Source of the DNA: Maribacter sp.
GTDB lineage: Bacteria > Bacteroidota > Bacteroidia > Flavobacteriales > Flavobacteriaceae
Direction of reading: 5' to 3'
NCBI GenBank assembly: GCA_047650615.1
Contig: JBLHNI010000001.1
Location: 1-36,445, forward strand
Length of the DNA stretch: 36,445 nucleotides
Numbering within the stretch: position 1 is the stretch's first letter; every line of letters begins with the position of its first letter. Below, piece after piece: positions 9,324 through 20,238 of the stretch. The translations under genes and the position numbers were made by a program. Below the pieces are notes generated by a model. The model was given only the letters and a program-made list of their open reading frames with translations, was not told the origin of the DNA and searched no databases.

Positions 9324-9686
9324 ATGAAGATAAGAATCAAAGGAAATTCAATTCGCTTACGTTTAACCAAGTCAGAAGTTGCTGCTTTTTGTGACAAGGG
9401 ACAATACCAAGAAGCTGTCATTTTTGGGAACCGCACGCTTACCTATAGTTTAGTAGCCAAAGAAGGAATAGAGATGCTAGATGCAACTTATGTAGGGGAT
9501 ACAATCATCGTTTATATTACAAAGGATGCAAAAGATACCTGGTTAGAAAGTGATAGGGTTGGGTATAGCAATGTGCTTGATTCTAATAGTCCTGACCAAT
9601 TATCTATTTTAGTGGAAAAAGATTTTATCTGTATGGACGATAGTATTGAGGATCAATCAGACAACTATCCAAACCCTAAATTATAA
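9324..9686 (+). CDS. Conserved hypothetical protein (MKIRIKGNSIRLRL family, DUF7009-like)
   Basis: N-terminus MKIRIKGNSIRLRLTKSEV and C-terminus LVEKDF.C...EDQSDNYPNP recognised as a family pattern; start moved to ATG 9324. Confidence 0.8.
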   Translation: MKIRIKGNSIRLRLTKSEVAAFCDKGQYQEAVIFGNRTLTYSLVAKEGIEMLDATYVGDTIIVYITKDAKDTWLESDRVGYSNVLDSNSPDQLSILVEKDFICMDDSIEDQSDNYPNPKL

Positions 9687-9995
9687 CCCAGCCCTTAAAT
9701 GGATTACCCAGAGAAAAATAATATATTTTAAACTCAGTTCAGAACCAACTAGCTGTTTTTATTTTATTCGACTACGAACACGTATCGTTAGGAAGTTCTC
9801 ATACAAATCATGGTGTTCTTTTCAAACCCTCTTTAGCTTAGGAAAACCTAATTATTAAAACGAGATATCTTTTGCCGGAATTGTTTTTCGGTTGTAAATT
9901 ACAAGACAATCAGTTGAGATTCTTCTAGAGTATGTATTATGCAGATAGAAAATACAGAGGGATAGCTTATTTTCGTTGTAAATAAAATCTATATC

Positions 9996-10478
9996 ATGGA
10001 AAAGTATTTAATCAAGGTTAATGAGACCGAATTTGATTTGAGTAAAGATGATGTAGCTACATTGGATATGCAAAATTTAGGTGCTGCTGGATTTCATGTG
10101 CTAAAGGATAACAAGTCATACGACGTGCAGGTGATAGCGGAAAATCTTCAAGAAAGAAGGCTGACGATAGCCGTGAACGGAAATACCTACGTTATCAAGA
10201 TTAGTGATGTGTATGACCAATTGGTGCAAAAAATGGGGCTTTTGTCCAACGCCTCTCAAAAGGCAAAAAATATCTTGGCGCCCATGCCTGGGTTAATCAT
10301 GGACGTTATGGTGCAAGCAGGACAGGAGATAGAGGAAGGCACGCCATTGTTGGTTCTATCTGCAATGAAAATGGAAAATCAAATCCTTTCTCAAGGAGGA
10401 GGAACAATTAAATCCATAGCAGTCAAGGTAGGAGATACCGTTGATAAAGGGCAATTAATTATTGAAATGGAATCCTAA
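9996..10478 (+). CDS. Biotin carboxyl carrier protein of acyl-CoA carboxylase
   Basis: APMPG...AMKMEN biotinylation motif. Confidence 0.93.
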   Translation: MEKYLIKVNETEFDLSKDDVATLDMQNLGAAGFHVLKDNKSYDVQVIAENLQERRLTIAVNGNTYVIKISDVYDQLVQKMGLLSNASQKAKNILAPMPGLIMDVMVQAGQEIEEGTPLLVLSAMKMENQILSQGGGTIKSIAVKVGDTVDKGQLIIEMES

Positions 10479-10539
10479 TTATAAAGGTTGAAACAACCGA
10501 TACTGGTCGCTAATTTCGGTCCTAAAATAACATGCTTTA

Positions 10540-12012
10540 ATGAAAAAAATACTGGTTGCCAATCGTGGTGAAATTGCCCTAAGGGTCATGAAAACGATAC
10601 GAAAAATGGGGATTAAAACCGTTGCTGTGTATTCAGAAGCTGATCGTAATGCACCACATGTGAAATTTGCAGACGAAGCTGTGTTGCTTGGTAAAGCGGC
10701 ATCTTCTGAATCCTATTTGGTTATGGATAAAGTTATCGCTGCAGCCAAACAAACCGGTGCAGAAGGCATACATCCCGGGTACGGATTTTTAAGCGAGAAT
10801 GCGGTTTTTGCGCAACTTGTAGCTGATAACGGAATCACATTTATAGGCCCATTACCACATGCGATAAGAATCATGGGGAATAAGTTGGCAGCTAAGGAAG
10901 CGGTAAAAGCCTATGATATTCCCATGGTGCCAGGAATAGATACTGCTATTACAGACAAAGATGTAGCAAAAAAGGTGGCAAAGAAAATTGGGTTTCCTAT
11001 TCTTATCAAAGCTGCTGCAGGAGGTGGTGGTAAGGGAATGCGTGTGGTGGATAATTTGGACGAACTGCCGGAACAAATGGATAGAGCCATTGGAGAGGCA
11101 ACGGCCGCTTTTGGGGATGGATCCGTATTTATAGAAAAATATGTGGGTTCCCCACGCCATATAGAAATACAGATTTTAGCAGATACCCATGGGAATACAG
11201 TGCATTTATTCGAAAGAGAGTGCAGTGTGCAGCGTAGGCATCAAAAAGTGGTAGAAGAAGCACCTTCTTGTGTGTTAACTCCGGAAATACGTTCTGCTAT
11301 GGGAGCCGCTGCCGTTAGGGTTGCAAAAGCCTGTGATTATGTTGGAGCAGGGACCGTAGAGTTTTTGTTAGACGAGGGTAATAATTTCTATTTCTTAGAG
11401 ATGAATACCCGCTTACAAGTAGAACATCCGGTTACAGAATTCATTACCGGATTAGACCTTGTAGAACAACAGATAAAAATCGCTAGAGGAGAAACACTAG
11501 CATTTACACAAGCGGATTTGACCATTAATGGTCATGCGTTGGAAGTACGTGTATATGCAGAAGATCCACTTGATAATTTTATGCCAAGTATAGGCGCCTT
11601 ATCCACGTACAAAACGCCAAAAGGGGAAGGTATTCGTGTAGATGATGGTTTTGAGGAAGGCATGGTAGTACCCATGTTTTATGACCCTATGATAGCTAAA
11701 CTAATAACCTATGGTGAAACTAGGGAAGAGGCTATACGATTAATGATAGATGCAATAAATAATTACAAAGTGGAAGGGGTTGCCACAACCTTATCTTTTG
11801 GGAAGTACGTTTGTGAACACGAAGCCTTTACATCGGGTAGTTTTGATACACATTTTGTAAAAAATTATTATAATCCAGAGGAACGTAAGGCTAAATCTGC
11901 AGATGAAGAGGCTATTGCCGCTTTGGTAGGGTTACAACTGTATCTGGATCAGAAGAACCTTCTGAAAGTACCTGAAGTTATATCTACTACTTGGAAAAAT
12001 AAAAGAAGCTGA
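10540..12012 (+). CDS. accC: Biotin carboxylase subunit
   Basis: [55 protein letters not shown]. Confidence 0.96.
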   Translation: MKKILVANRGEIALRVMKTIRKMGIKTVAVYSEADRNAPHVKFADEAVLLGKAASSESYLVMDKVIAAAKQTGAEGIHPGYGFLSENAVFAQLVADNGITFIGPLPHAIRIMGNKLAAKEAVKAYDIPMVPGIDTAITDKDVAKKVAKKIGFPILIKAAAGGGGKGMRVVDNLDELPEQMDRAIGEATAAFGDGSVFIEKYVGSPRHIEIQILADTHGNTVHLFERECSVQRRHQKVVEEAPSCVLTPEIRSAMGAAAVRVAKACDYVGAGTVEFLLDEGNNFYFLEMNTRLQVEHPVTEFITGLDLVEQQIKIARGETLAFTQADLTINGHALEVRVYAEDPLDNFMPSIGALSTYKTPKGEGIRVDDGFEEGMVVPMFYDPMIAKLITYGETREEAIRLMIDAINNYKVEGVATTLSFGKYVCEHEAFTSGSFDTHFVKNYYNPEERKAKSADEEAIAALVGLQLYLDQKNLLKVPEVISTTWKNKRS

Positions 12013-12032
12013 AAACAGATAAAATTTGCTTG

Positions 12033-13574
12033 ATGACCGATAAAATAAAGATTCTTAACGCCAAGTTGGCTGCCTCGCAAATAGGAGGCGGGGAAGAGCG
12101 TATAAAGAAGCAACACGCCAAAGGAAAGCTAACTGCTAGAGAACGCATCCATTTTTTGTTGGACCCAGAATCTTTTGAGGAGCTGGGAGCATTAGTTACG
12201 CATAGAACTACTGATTTTGGCATGGACAAACAGAAGTTCTACGGTGATGGTGTGGTTACAGGATATGGTACAATACAGGGTAGGCAGGTATGTGTGTTTG
12301 CGCAAGATTTTACAGTATTTGGGGGTGCACTTTCAGAGACACACGCAGAAAAAATTTGTAAGGTGATGGATATGGCGCTAAAAATTGGCGTTCCCATGAT
12401 AGGTCTAAATGACAGTGGTGGTGCTCGTATTCAAGAGGGCGTACGTTCTCTTGGCGGTTATGCTGATATCTTTCATAAAAACGTGATGGCTTCAGGGGTA
12501 ATACCACAGATTTCCGGAATCATGGGCCCTTGTGCAGGTGGTGCTGTCTATTCTCCTGCTATTACCGATTTTACTTTGATGGTAGAAAACTCCAGTTATA
12601 TGTTTGTAACCGGACCTAATGTGGTAAAGACCGTAACTAACGAAGAGGTTACTTCAGAGGAACTGGGAGGCGCAATTACCCATGCTACAAAATCTGGTGT
12701 GACCCATCTTACAGCGGTTAACGATATGGAGTGTATTGCCCAAATAAAGGGAATGCTTTCTTATATGCCACAAAATTGTGAAGAGTTACCCATGAAGTTG
12801 CCTTTTGAACCAGGAAACGAAATTAGGGAGGAACTAGAACAAATTGTACCTGAAAATCCTAATCAGCCTTACGATATGCGCTTGGTTATTAAGGGTATTA
12901 TAGATGAAGATTCATTTTTTGAAATACATAAGGATTACGCTGAGAATATTGTCGTTGGATTTTCTAGACTAGGAGGTCGTAGTATTGGTATTGTTGCCAA
13001 TCAACCTAACAGTCTTGCGGGAGTTTTAGATGTAGATGCCTCCAAAAAAGCGGCCCGTTTTACTCGATTTTGCGATTGCTTTAATATTCCTTTGTTAGTA
13101 CTGGTCGATGTGCCTGGATTTTTACCAGGAACAGATCAAGAATGGAACGGTATTATTACCAACGGCGCAAAGTTACTATATGCGCTAAGTGAGGCAACGG
13201 TGCCCAAAATTACCGTGATTACCAGAAAAGCATATGGCGGTGCCTACGACGTTATGAATTCCAAGCATATTGGTGCCGATATGAACTATGCATGGCCAGG
13301 TGCAGAGATTGCCGTTATGGGAGCCAAAGGGGCCAGCGAAATTATTTTTAAGAAAGAAATTGCTGATGCAAAGGATTCAGAGGTCAAATTAGCCGAAAAG
13401 GAACAAGAGTACGCAGCGAAATTTGCGAATCCATACAGTGCCGCCGAACGAGGGTTTATAGATGAAGTTATTTTACCTAAGCATACCCGAAGAAAATTGA
13501 TAAAGGTTTTTGCGTTACTTGAGAATAAGGTAGCGAGATTGCCCAAGAAAAAACATGGTAATATTCCGTTATAG
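12033..13574 (+). CDS. pccB: Propionyl-CoA carboxylase carboxyltransferase (beta) subunit
   Basis: [51 protein letters not shown]; adjacent to methylmalonyl-CoA mutase. Confidence 0.93.
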   Translation: MTDKIKILNAKLAASQIGGGEERIKKQHAKGKLTARERIHFLLDPESFEELGALVTHRTTDFGMDKQKFYGDGVVTGYGTIQGRQVCVFAQDFTVFGGALSETHAEKICKVMDMALKIGVPMIGLNDSGGARIQEGVRSLGGYADIFHKNVMASGVIPQISGIMGPCAGGAVYSPAITDFTLMVENSSYMFVTGPNVVKTVTNEEVTSEELGGAITHATKSGVTHLTAVNDMECIAQIKGMLSYMPQNCEELPMKLPFEPGNEIREELEQIVPENPNQPYDMRLVIKGIIDEDSFFEIHKDYAENIVVGFSRLGGRSIGIVANQPNSLAGVLDVDASKKAARFTRFCDCFNIPLLVLVDVPGFLPGTDQEWNGIITNGAKLLYALSEATVPKITVITRKAYGGAYDVMNSKHIGADMNYAWPGAEIAVMGAKGASEIIFKKEIADAKDSEVKLAEKEQEYAAKFANPYSAAERGFIDEVILPKHTRRKLIKVFALLENKVARLPKKKHGNIPL

Positions 13575-13622
13575 TTTGCCGTTGAATGATTAAATTATAT
13601 AGGATTCAGGTTTAAAATAAGT

Positions 13623-15002
13623 ATGAAAGATAAAATACTATTTGATGGGTTTAGCGAGGTTTCTTCAAAAGCTTGGAAACAAAAAATCCAGTATGACCTC
13701 AAAGGGGTTGACTATAATGACACCTTAGTCTGGGAATCTCCAGAAGGCATAAAAGTGAAGCCTTTTTACCACGCGGAAGATGTTGCCGATGACCTTCCCA
13801 ATATACCCTTTGTAAACCATGGTTGGCATATTGGACAGTTGATTTACGCGGGCAATGCTGAAATGGCGAATAAAGCCGCGCTAAAAGCATTGCAAAGAGG
13901 TGCTGAGCAGATACAGTTTTTAGTTCCGTCCGAGGATATTACTGTGGCTGTATTACTTAAGGACATCGACTTAGAAAAAACAACCCTTTATTTAGAGATG
14001 CAATTTCTCTCGGAGTGCTTTGTTCAATCCGTCTTAGATAGTGACCCAAAGGCTGCAGGCGCAGTCTTTTTTAATGTGGATATTATCGGGCATTTAGCGC
14101 GGACAGGGAACTGGTATAGTAGTCTAGAAAAAGACCATGAATTCTTAGAAAAAATAGTCGAAACAAAAGGCCATCACGCTTTAAGCGTAGATGTGTCGCT
14201 TTATGAAAACGCCGGCGCCAATATGGCACAGCAATTAGGCTATGCCATGGCACATGCCAACGAATACCTGAATTATTTGGAACAAAAAGGAAGTTTGGGT
14301 AAGATAAAAAGTATGGTGTTTAAGGTGTCCGTAGGTGGGAATTATTTCTTTGAAATTGCAAAACTGCGAGCATTACGGTCGCTTTGGAGAGGTCTGGCAG
14401 CTCTTTACGATGTGGAGTTGGATTGCCATATCGTTGCGTATCCATCCAAACGAAACAAAACACTTTACGATTATAACATAAATATGTTACGGACTACAAC
14501 GGAATGTATGTCAGCCGTATTGGGAGGGGCAAATACGGTCATCAATATGCCTTATGATGCACTTTATCATAAGTCCAATGATTTTGGAGAACGTATTTCA
14601 CTAAACCAGTTGTTGCTCTTAAAAGAAGAAAGTTATTTTAGTAAAGTGGCGAATGCATCTGATGGGTCCTATTATATAGAAACCCTGACCAAGCAGTTGG
14701 CAGAAAAAGGCTTGGAACTATTAAAGTCGATAGAAAAAGGGGGTGGGTTTTTAAAACAATTGAAGGAACACACCATACAGGGAAAGATAAAGGAAGCGGG
14801 CAACAAACAGCAAGAACGATTTAACGAACAAAAGGAAGTTTTGGTAGGCACGAACAAATTTCAGAACGAGACCGATAAAATGAAGAATGATTTGGAACTG
14901 TACCCCTTTGTCAAGACCAATGCCAGAAAAACATTGTTGGTGCCCATTATAGAAAAGCGTTTGGCGGAAACCATGGAACAAAAAAGATTGCAGGATGAGT
15001 AG
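13623..15002 (+). CDS. mutA: Methylmalonyl-CoA mutase small (beta) subunit
   Basis: [32 protein letters not shown]; no DxHxxG B12 motif; overlaps the large-subunit start. Confidence 0.9.
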   Translation: MKDKILFDGFSEVSSKAWKQKIQYDLKGVDYNDTLVWESPEGIKVKPFYHAEDVADDLPNIPFVNHGWHIGQLIYAGNAEMANKAALKALQRGAEQIQFLVPSEDITVAVLLKDIDLEKTTLYLEMQFLSECFVQSVLDSDPKAAGAVFFNVDIIGHLARTGNWYSSLEKDHEFLEKIVETKGHHALSVDVSLYENAGANMAQQLGYAMAHANEYLNYLEQKGSLGKIKSMVFKVSVGGNYFFEIAKLRALRSLWRGLAALYDVELDCHIVAYPSKRNKTLYDYNINMLRTTTECMSAVLGGANTVINMPYDALYHKSNDFGERISLNQLLLLKEESYFSKVANASDGSYYIETLTKQLAEKGLELLKSIEKGGGFLKQLKEHTIQGKIKEAGNKQQERFNEQKEVLVGTNKFQNETDKMKNDLELYPFVKTNARKTLLVPIIEKRLAETMEQKRLQDE

Positions 15003-17154
15003 AAAAAATCTAGATAATCTTAGTTTAAATTCAGCTTCGGTTACTTCAGAAAATGGTGACCCTAAGTCCAATCTTGAAGCTGGGTACACTACTGCGGAAA
15101 ATATCGACCTAAAAAAAACATACTCTAAAGACGATATTAAGGACGCCGAGCATCTGAATTTTGCGGCGGGAATCCCACCCTATCTTAGAGGTCCATATTC
15201 TACTATGTATGTTAGAAGACCTTGGACAATACGCCAGTATGCAGGTTTCTCCACAGCACAAGAAAGTAATGCGTTTTACAGACGGAATTTAAAAGGCGGA
15301 CAAAAAGGATTGTCCGTTGCCTTTGATCTGCCTACCCATAGAGGGTATGATAGCGATCATGAACGTGTGGTGGGCGATGTTGGAAAAGCAGGCGTAGCCA
15401 TTGATTCCGTGGAGGATATGAAAATTTTATTCGACGGTATTCCCTTAGATAAGATGTCGGTTTCTATGACTATGAATGGTGCCGTTTTACCTATTATGGC
15501 GTTTTATATTGTGGCTGCAGAGGAGCAAGGTGTGCCCAAGGAACTATTGGTAGGTACCATACAGAACGATATCCTAAAAGAATTTATGGTGCGTAATACC
15601 TACATCTACCCACCAAAACCTTCCATGCAGCTGGTAGCCGATATTTTTGAGTATACGAGCCAATTTATGCCAAAGTACAATAGTATTAGTATCTCTGGTT
15701 ATCATATGCATGAAGCTGGCGCACCGGCGCATATAGAACTCGCCTATACCTTAGCCGATGGTTTGGAATACATCCGTACCGGACTAAAAGCCGGACTAAA
15801 AATAGACGATTTTGCACCGCGACTTTCCTTCTTTTGGGGCATAGGTATGAACCATTTTATGGAAATCGCAAAGATGCGTGCCGCACGTATGCTTTGGTCA
15901 AAAATGGTAAAGGAGTTTGATCCTAAAAGTGATAAATCGCTTGCATTGCGCACCCATTGCCAGACGAGCGGATGGAGCCTTACGGAACAAGATCCATTTA
16001 ATAATGTGGCAAGAACTACTATTGAGGCAGCGGCGGCGGTGTTCGGAGGTACCCAAAGTTTACATACCAATGCCTTGGACGAGGCCATTGCCTTACCCAC
16101 CGATTTCTCCGCGAGGATTGCAAGGGAAACCCAAATCTACCTACAGGAAGAAACCAAAATGACAAAAACGGTTGATCCTTGGGCAGGCAGTTATTATGTG
16201 GAAAGCCTAACGCAGGAATTGGTGCACAAAGCGATGGAGTTAATGACCGAAGTAGAAGAACTGGGCGGTATGACCAAGGCCATAGAAGCCGGAATACCCA
16301 AAATGCGTATTGAAGAAGCGGCCGCCAGAAAACAGGCCCGAATAGATAGTACACAAGATGTCATCGTGGGTATCAATAAATACAGATTGAAGAAAGAGGA
16401 TGCGCTACAGATTTTAGAGGTAGACAACCAAGCAGTGCGCAAGGAACAGATGGAACGGCTGGAATCCATCAAAGAAAATAGGGATACCAAAGTGGTTGAA
16501 AATTGCTTGCAAGCATTGACCAAGGCTGGTAAAAACAAAATGGAAGGGACGGGAGCTGCTGATAATTTGCTAGCTTTAGCGGTAGCTGCTGCAAGGGCAA
16601 GAGCCACTTTAGGTGAAATTAGTGATGCGCTAGAGCTCGCTTTTGGACGGCATAAGGCAGAAATTAAATCATTTACAGGCGTGTATTCCAAAGAGATAAA
16701 AAACGACGAAAGCTTTAAGAAAGCACAAGAGTTAACAGACAAGTTCGCAGAACAGGATGGCCGTAGACCTCGGATTATGATTGCAAAGATGGGTCAGGAT
16801 GGGCACGATCGTGGCGCGAAAGTAGTCGCTACGGGATATGCCGATTTAGGTTTTGATGTTGATATAGGGCCTTTGTTTCAGACACCACAAGAAGCTGCCA
16901 AACAAGCTGTGGAAAATGATGTGCATATTCTTGGTGTTTCTTCTTTGGCGGCGGGGCACAAAACCTTAGTTCCCGCTGTGATTGAAGAGCTGAAAAAATA
17001 TGGTAGAGAAGATATTATGGTGGTTGTTGGGGGTGTGGTTCCCAAACAAGATTATCCGTTTCTAATAGATGCGGGGGCAACCGCTATTTTTGGTCCCGGC
17101 ACAAAAATAAGCGATGCCGCTATTGAGATATTGGAGTTACTTTTAGAACAATAA
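14995..17154 (+). CDS. scpA: Methylmalonyl-CoA mutase large subunit (B12-dependent)
   Basis: [45 protein letters not shown] cobalamin-binding motif. Confidence 0.97.
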   Translation: MSRKNLDNLSLNSASVTSENGDPKSNLEAGYTTAENIDLKKTYSKDDIKDAEHLNFAAGIPPYLRGPYSTMYVRRPWTIRQYAGFSTAQESNAFYRRNLKGGQKGLSVAFDLPTHRGYDSDHERVVGDVGKAGVAIDSVEDMKILFDGIPLDKMSVSMTMNGAVLPIMAFYIVAAEEQGVPKELLVGTIQNDILKEFMVRNTYIYPPKPSMQLVADIFEYTSQFMPKYNSISISGYHMHEAGAPAHIELAYTLADGLEYIRTGLKAGLKIDDFAPRLSFFWGIGMNHFMEIAKMRAARMLWSKMVKEFDPKSDKSLALRTHCQTSGWSLTEQDPFNNVARTTIEAAAAVFGGTQSLHTNALDEAIALPTDFSARIARETQIYLQEETKMTKTVDPWAGSYYVESLTQELVHKAMELMTEVEELGGMTKAIEAGIPKMRIEEAAARKQARIDSTQDVIVGINKYRLKKEDALQILEVDNQAVRKEQMERLESIKENRDTKVVENCLQALTKAGKNKMEGTGAADNLLALAVAAARARATLGEISDALELAFGRHKAEIKSFTGVYSKEIKNDESFKKAQELTDKFAEQDGRRPRIMIAKMGQDGHDRGAKVVATGYADLGFDVDIGPLFQTPQEAAKQAVENDVHILGVSSLAAGHKTLVPAVIEELKKYGREDIMVVVGGVVPKQDYPFLIDAGATAIFGPGTKISDAAIEILELLLEQ

Positions 17155-17163
17155 ATAGTTGAA

Positions 17164-17205
17164 ATTAAAAATAGCCAAACAATTAAATGTTTGGCCATTT
17201 TTAAT
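17164..17205. terminator. Bidirectional intrinsic terminator between convergent scpA and MFS genes
   Basis: attaaaaatagccaaaca-attaaa-tgtttggccatttttaat: 18-bp arms with one mismatch, A/T tracts at both ends. Confidence 0.85.
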
Positions 17206-17236
17206 AATGTAAAGTATGATTAAGCTGATGCAACTT

Positions 17237-18589
17237 CTACTTAATTTTTTTTCTGTTCTTCATCCAGAAAAATAAAATAGTGAAGAGAACTATTAAAATT
17301 GCTGGAAAGATTGTCATAGTTTCTAAAGTTTGTTGTCCAGATTCTAGAACCACATTATTTATGGTAGATTCTACGTTTGTTTCTGATACATTTAGCATTG
17401 ATGCTACTTGTTTTACAGCTTCTGTGTTTTCAATGTCGCCTAAATTTTTAGTTTCATCTATAATATTTTTTGCTTTACTAAAAGTTTCTCCAGAAACGTT
17501 TAATATAGATTCACTAATTTCATTAGTATCACTATCTATCCATCCACCAATAATAGGTTGAAAAATAGAATTCGCAAACATTCCAATAGCTCCTATAATC
17601 GACATGCCTAGAGCACCACTTTTGGGCGCTTTAGTTGCCACTAATCCAATCATATTGGGCCAAAAATAAGCGATCCCTAAGGCGAAGATAACTGCAGCTA
17701 CATAAGCCATAGCTCCTGTTTGCGTGCTGAATAAATAAATACCAATTGTTGCTAAAATTGCTGAACCTAGTAAAACCCCAGTTTGGTCAAACCGTTTCAC
17801 CATATCGCCTCCAAAGTAACGCGCAACGGCCATTAAGCCGGCTGTTAGTGCTAAGACTAACATCGGTTGCGCTCCACTTTTTTCCAGTATAAGACCTACC
17901 CACTGGTTAGGTCCGAATTCAGAGATTGCTGTCAAGGCCATACAAACCGCAATAAATATAAATAGAGGAGTCGCCATTCCTTTAAAGTTTCCACCTAGTG
18001 TAGCGGCTTCTTGTATTTTTGCTTTTGGCCAGTCTTGTCCAAAAAACAAATAAGCGTAAATTAATGTGGGAATCATTAACAACCACATTTGACTTTGACC
18101 CATAATTTCATAATCGGTCATGAAACCAGATAATAAACTTCCAATTGCTATACCTCCTGGGAACCACATATGAAAACGGTTTAACATCTTGCTCATTCGT
18201 GTTCCTTGATATGCATCAGCAATCATTGGATTACAAGCCGCTTCGGTACACCCATTTCCTAAACCAATAAGTAAATTGGCAATGAGTAAACCGATATAAT
18301 TATCAGAAAAAATGAGCATTATAATACCAATAGCGTGTGCGAAAAATGCAAATTGCATAATCGCTTTTCCTCCAACTTTGTGATAAATCAGGCCACCGAT
18401 AACCATGGAAATTGGAAAACCTAAAAACCACATAGAGGTTATAAGTCCTGTTTGACTCGCTGTTAATTCTAATTCGGTTTTAAGTTGATCTAAAATACCG
18501 GCTGCAATCGCGAAAGAGAAAGCGGTAGTTATTAATGCAAAACAGCTTGCATAAAACAGCCTATTCGCATTTACCTTTGAATTTTCCAT
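17237..18589 (-). CDS. MFS transporter (likely sugar)
   Basis: About 12 hydrophobic segments; GLGNGCTEAACNP, LNRFHMWFPGG; hydrophilic insert before last TM. Confidence 0.9.
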   Translation of the reverse strand: MENSKVNANRLFYASCFALITTAFSFAIAAGILDQLKTELELTASQTGLITSMWFLGFPISMVIGGLIYHKVGGKAIMQFAFFAHAIGIIMLIFSDNYIGLLIANLLIGLGNGCTEAACNPMIADAYQGTRMSKMLNRFHMWFPGGIAIGSLLSGFMTDYEIMGQSQMWLLMIPTLIYAYLFFGQDWPKAKIQEAATLGGNFKGMATPLFIFIAVCMALTAISEFGPNQWVGLILEKSGAQPMLVLALTAGLMAVARYFGGDMVKRFDQTGVLLGSAILATIGIYLFSTQTGAMAYVAAVIFALGIAYFWPNMIGLVATKAPKSGALGMSIIGAIGMFANSIFQPIIGGWIDSDTNEISESILNVSGETFSKAKNIIDETKNLGDIENTEAVKQVASMLNVSETNVESTINNVVLESGQQTLETMTIFPAILIVLFTILFFWMKNRKKIK

Positions 18590-18749
18590 ATATAATTTTG
18601 ATTTTAGCGGTTTGGTTAATAGGCTAAGCTAAGAAAAATGAAATTATTTTACTGCTTTTTTAGCTAAATCATATCTTAGGACACGCAAAGGTTATCATAT
18701 TTTTGTTGTTAACAGTAGCGTCTAATAGTTGTAAATCAATTATAATAGT

Positions 18750-19328
18750 ATGAATAAATTTTCAATTGGAGTGGTATTACTGTTTTTGGTTTCCTGTGGG
18801 TCTAATCTGGATAGGGAAATGAAATCCCAATCCGAGGTGGTTAAAGCAGAAACAATACCGAGTGATTATAATCCAGAAGCTAAATTATCAGCGTTGAATA
18901 TTATCCTACGAGATCAAGGCACCCCTGTTGCCAATTATGTGCATGCCGTTAGGGCTGGGAATCTTTTGTTTTTGGCTGGGAAAGGTCCCAAACAAGCAAA
19001 TGGTGAAAATATTGTTGGAAAATTGGGGGCAGCGTTGTCTGTTGAAGAAGGCTATGCTGCGGCAAGAGAAGTGGCGATTAACCAATTATCTGTCCTAAAG
19101 GCTGAATTAGGAAATTTAAACAAAGTAAAAAGAATAGTAAAGGTAAATGGTATGGTTAACGCCGTGCCAGAATTTACCGATCAATCCAAGGTAATCAATG
19201 GGTATTCCGACCTTATGGTTGCTGTTTTTGGTGATGCTGGGAAACACGCCAGAGCTGCGGTAGGTATGGGTTCCTTACCGGGTAATATGGCAGTAGAGGT
19301 AGAGATGATTGTTGAGGTGTACGAGTGA
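18750..19328 (+). CDS. Rid/YjgF family protein with lipoprotein signal
   Basis: PVANYV...GNLLFLAG, VINGYSDL, HARAAVG.GSLP...VEVE; N-terminal MNK-hydrophobic-LVSC lipobox. Confidence 0.9.
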   Translation: MNKFSIGVVLLFLVSCGSNLDREMKSQSEVVKAETIPSDYNPEAKLSALNIILRDQGTPVANYVHAVRAGNLLFLAGKGPKQANGENIVGKLGAALSVEEGYAAAREVAINQLSVLKAELGNLNKVKRIVKVNGMVNAVPEFTDQSKVINGYSDLMVAVFGDAGKHARAAVGMGSLPGNMAVEVEMIVEVYE

Positions 19329-19392
19329 CTTATGTTGGGATAACATATATGGTTAGGTTTTTCATAAAACGAATAGAGAAAGATATATAAGA

Positions 19393-19433
19393 TAAAAACA
19401 AAGGGATACATTGATGAGATGTATCCCTTTGTT
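19393..19433 (-). terminator. Intrinsic terminator (15-bp perfect stem), probably for the small-peptide transcript; may be bidirectional
   Basis: aacaaagggatacat(19397-19411)-tgatgag-atgtatccctttgtt(19419-19433); T-tract follows on the minus strand. Confidence 0.8.
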
Positions 19434-19545
19434 GGTATAATGACTGCTACCTTTATTAGAGGCAAAGTGAAGGTTTAGACCACTGTATACGTTTGTTTTC
19501 TTGTTGATTAAAAAAGAGAATAAACTTTCTAGATGTCTTTGGATT

Positions 19546-19590
19546 ATGATTGATGAAGGTATTCATGATTGATGTTTTTGATGATTGATG
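19546..19590. repeat. Three direct copies of ATGATTGATG
   Basis: Exact 10-mer at 19546-19555, 19565-19574 and 19581-19590. Confidence 0.85.
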
Positions 19591-19607
19591 TGTTGTCTAA
19601 ATCGTGA

Positions 19608-19721
19608 TTAGCGATTAAAGTGTCTGTACCCTGCCCATTGGGCTCTTTTGCTTTTACTAAAAGATGAGAAATACTTTCCTGTTCTAGATTCTGTTGCCGT
19701 TGCTGTGATTGATGCTTTCAT
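19608..19721 (-). CDS. 37-aa cationic peptide, copy 1 (MKASITATATESRTGKYFSSFSKSKRAQWAGYRHFNR)
   Basis: 27/37 identical to the paralog 250 bp away, with synonymous codon differences; TATCTTTG promoter element upstream. Confidence 0.8.
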   Translation of the reverse strand: MKASITATATESRTGKYFSSFSKSKRAQWAGYRHFNR

Positions 19722-19762
19722 AATTTTATGTTTTATAATTGATTTGTACTGTTTTGTTGATA

Positions 19763-19770
19763 CAAAGATA
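19763..19770 (-). promoter_or_regulatory. Bacteroidota primary-sigma -7 element for peptide copy 1
   Basis: TATCTTTG matches TAnnTTTG, about 40 bp upstream of ATG 19721. Confidence 0.6.
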
Positions 19771-19857
19771 TAATGATTGGTTGATGACTGGAAATTGCTT
19801 TTTCTCAATTGTTAGTTTTGAACTCCAAACTGTAGATATTTGTTTCCAAGTCAAGTC

Positions 19858-19971
19858 TTATCTATTAAATTTTCTGCATCCTGCCCATTGTACTCTTTTG
19901 CTTTTACTAAAGGTTGAAAAGTATTGTCCTGACATAGATTCTGTTGCTGTTACTGAGATGGATGTTTTCAT
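19858..19971 (-). CDS. 37-aa cationic peptide, copy 2 (MKTSISVTATESMSGQYFSTFSKSKRVQWAGCRKFNR)
   Basis: Manual translation, absent from ORF track; same length and register as copy 1. Confidence 0.8.
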   Translation of the reverse strand: MKTSISVTATESMSGQYFSTFSKSKRVQWAGCRKFNR

Positions 19972-20028
19972 AATTTCTTATTTATAATAGGTTATTATTA
20001 GGTGTTTCTAAATGACTTACAATAAATA

Positions 20029-20054
20029 GACGATGATAGGATTGTTTTGTTACA
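20029..20054 (-). promoter_or_regulatory. Candidate ECF-sigma promoter for peptide copy 2
   Basis: Minus strand TGTAAC-N16-CGTC, resembling the AAC-N16/17-CGT ECF consensus. Confidence 0.55.
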
Positions 20055-20238
20055 GTACTATGTATAAAATAGTACTGTATTATATGATAATTAACATATG
20101 GAGTTATGTTTAGAAGATTTTAGTATCACAAATTGAGGGTCTCTATCTTTATTTTATATTGTCTAGAGTTTACAAATACTTGTAGAAGGTTTTTTGGAGA
20201 GATTTCACAAAAGACACAACTATGCGCAAAATCTGATA

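Noticed and set aside
10359-10376. SAMKM instead of EAMKM in the biotin carrier
   Set aside because: The MKM Lys is intact and this variant is, to my recollection, common in Bacteroidota.
19546-19590. CRISPR-like array
   Set aside because: Repeats are only 10 bp with 6-9 bp gaps; no cas genes.
19608-19971. Complete RiPP cluster or type I toxin locus
   Set aside because: No maturase, peptidase or ABC exporter adjacent; peptides lack a hydrophobic TM helix.
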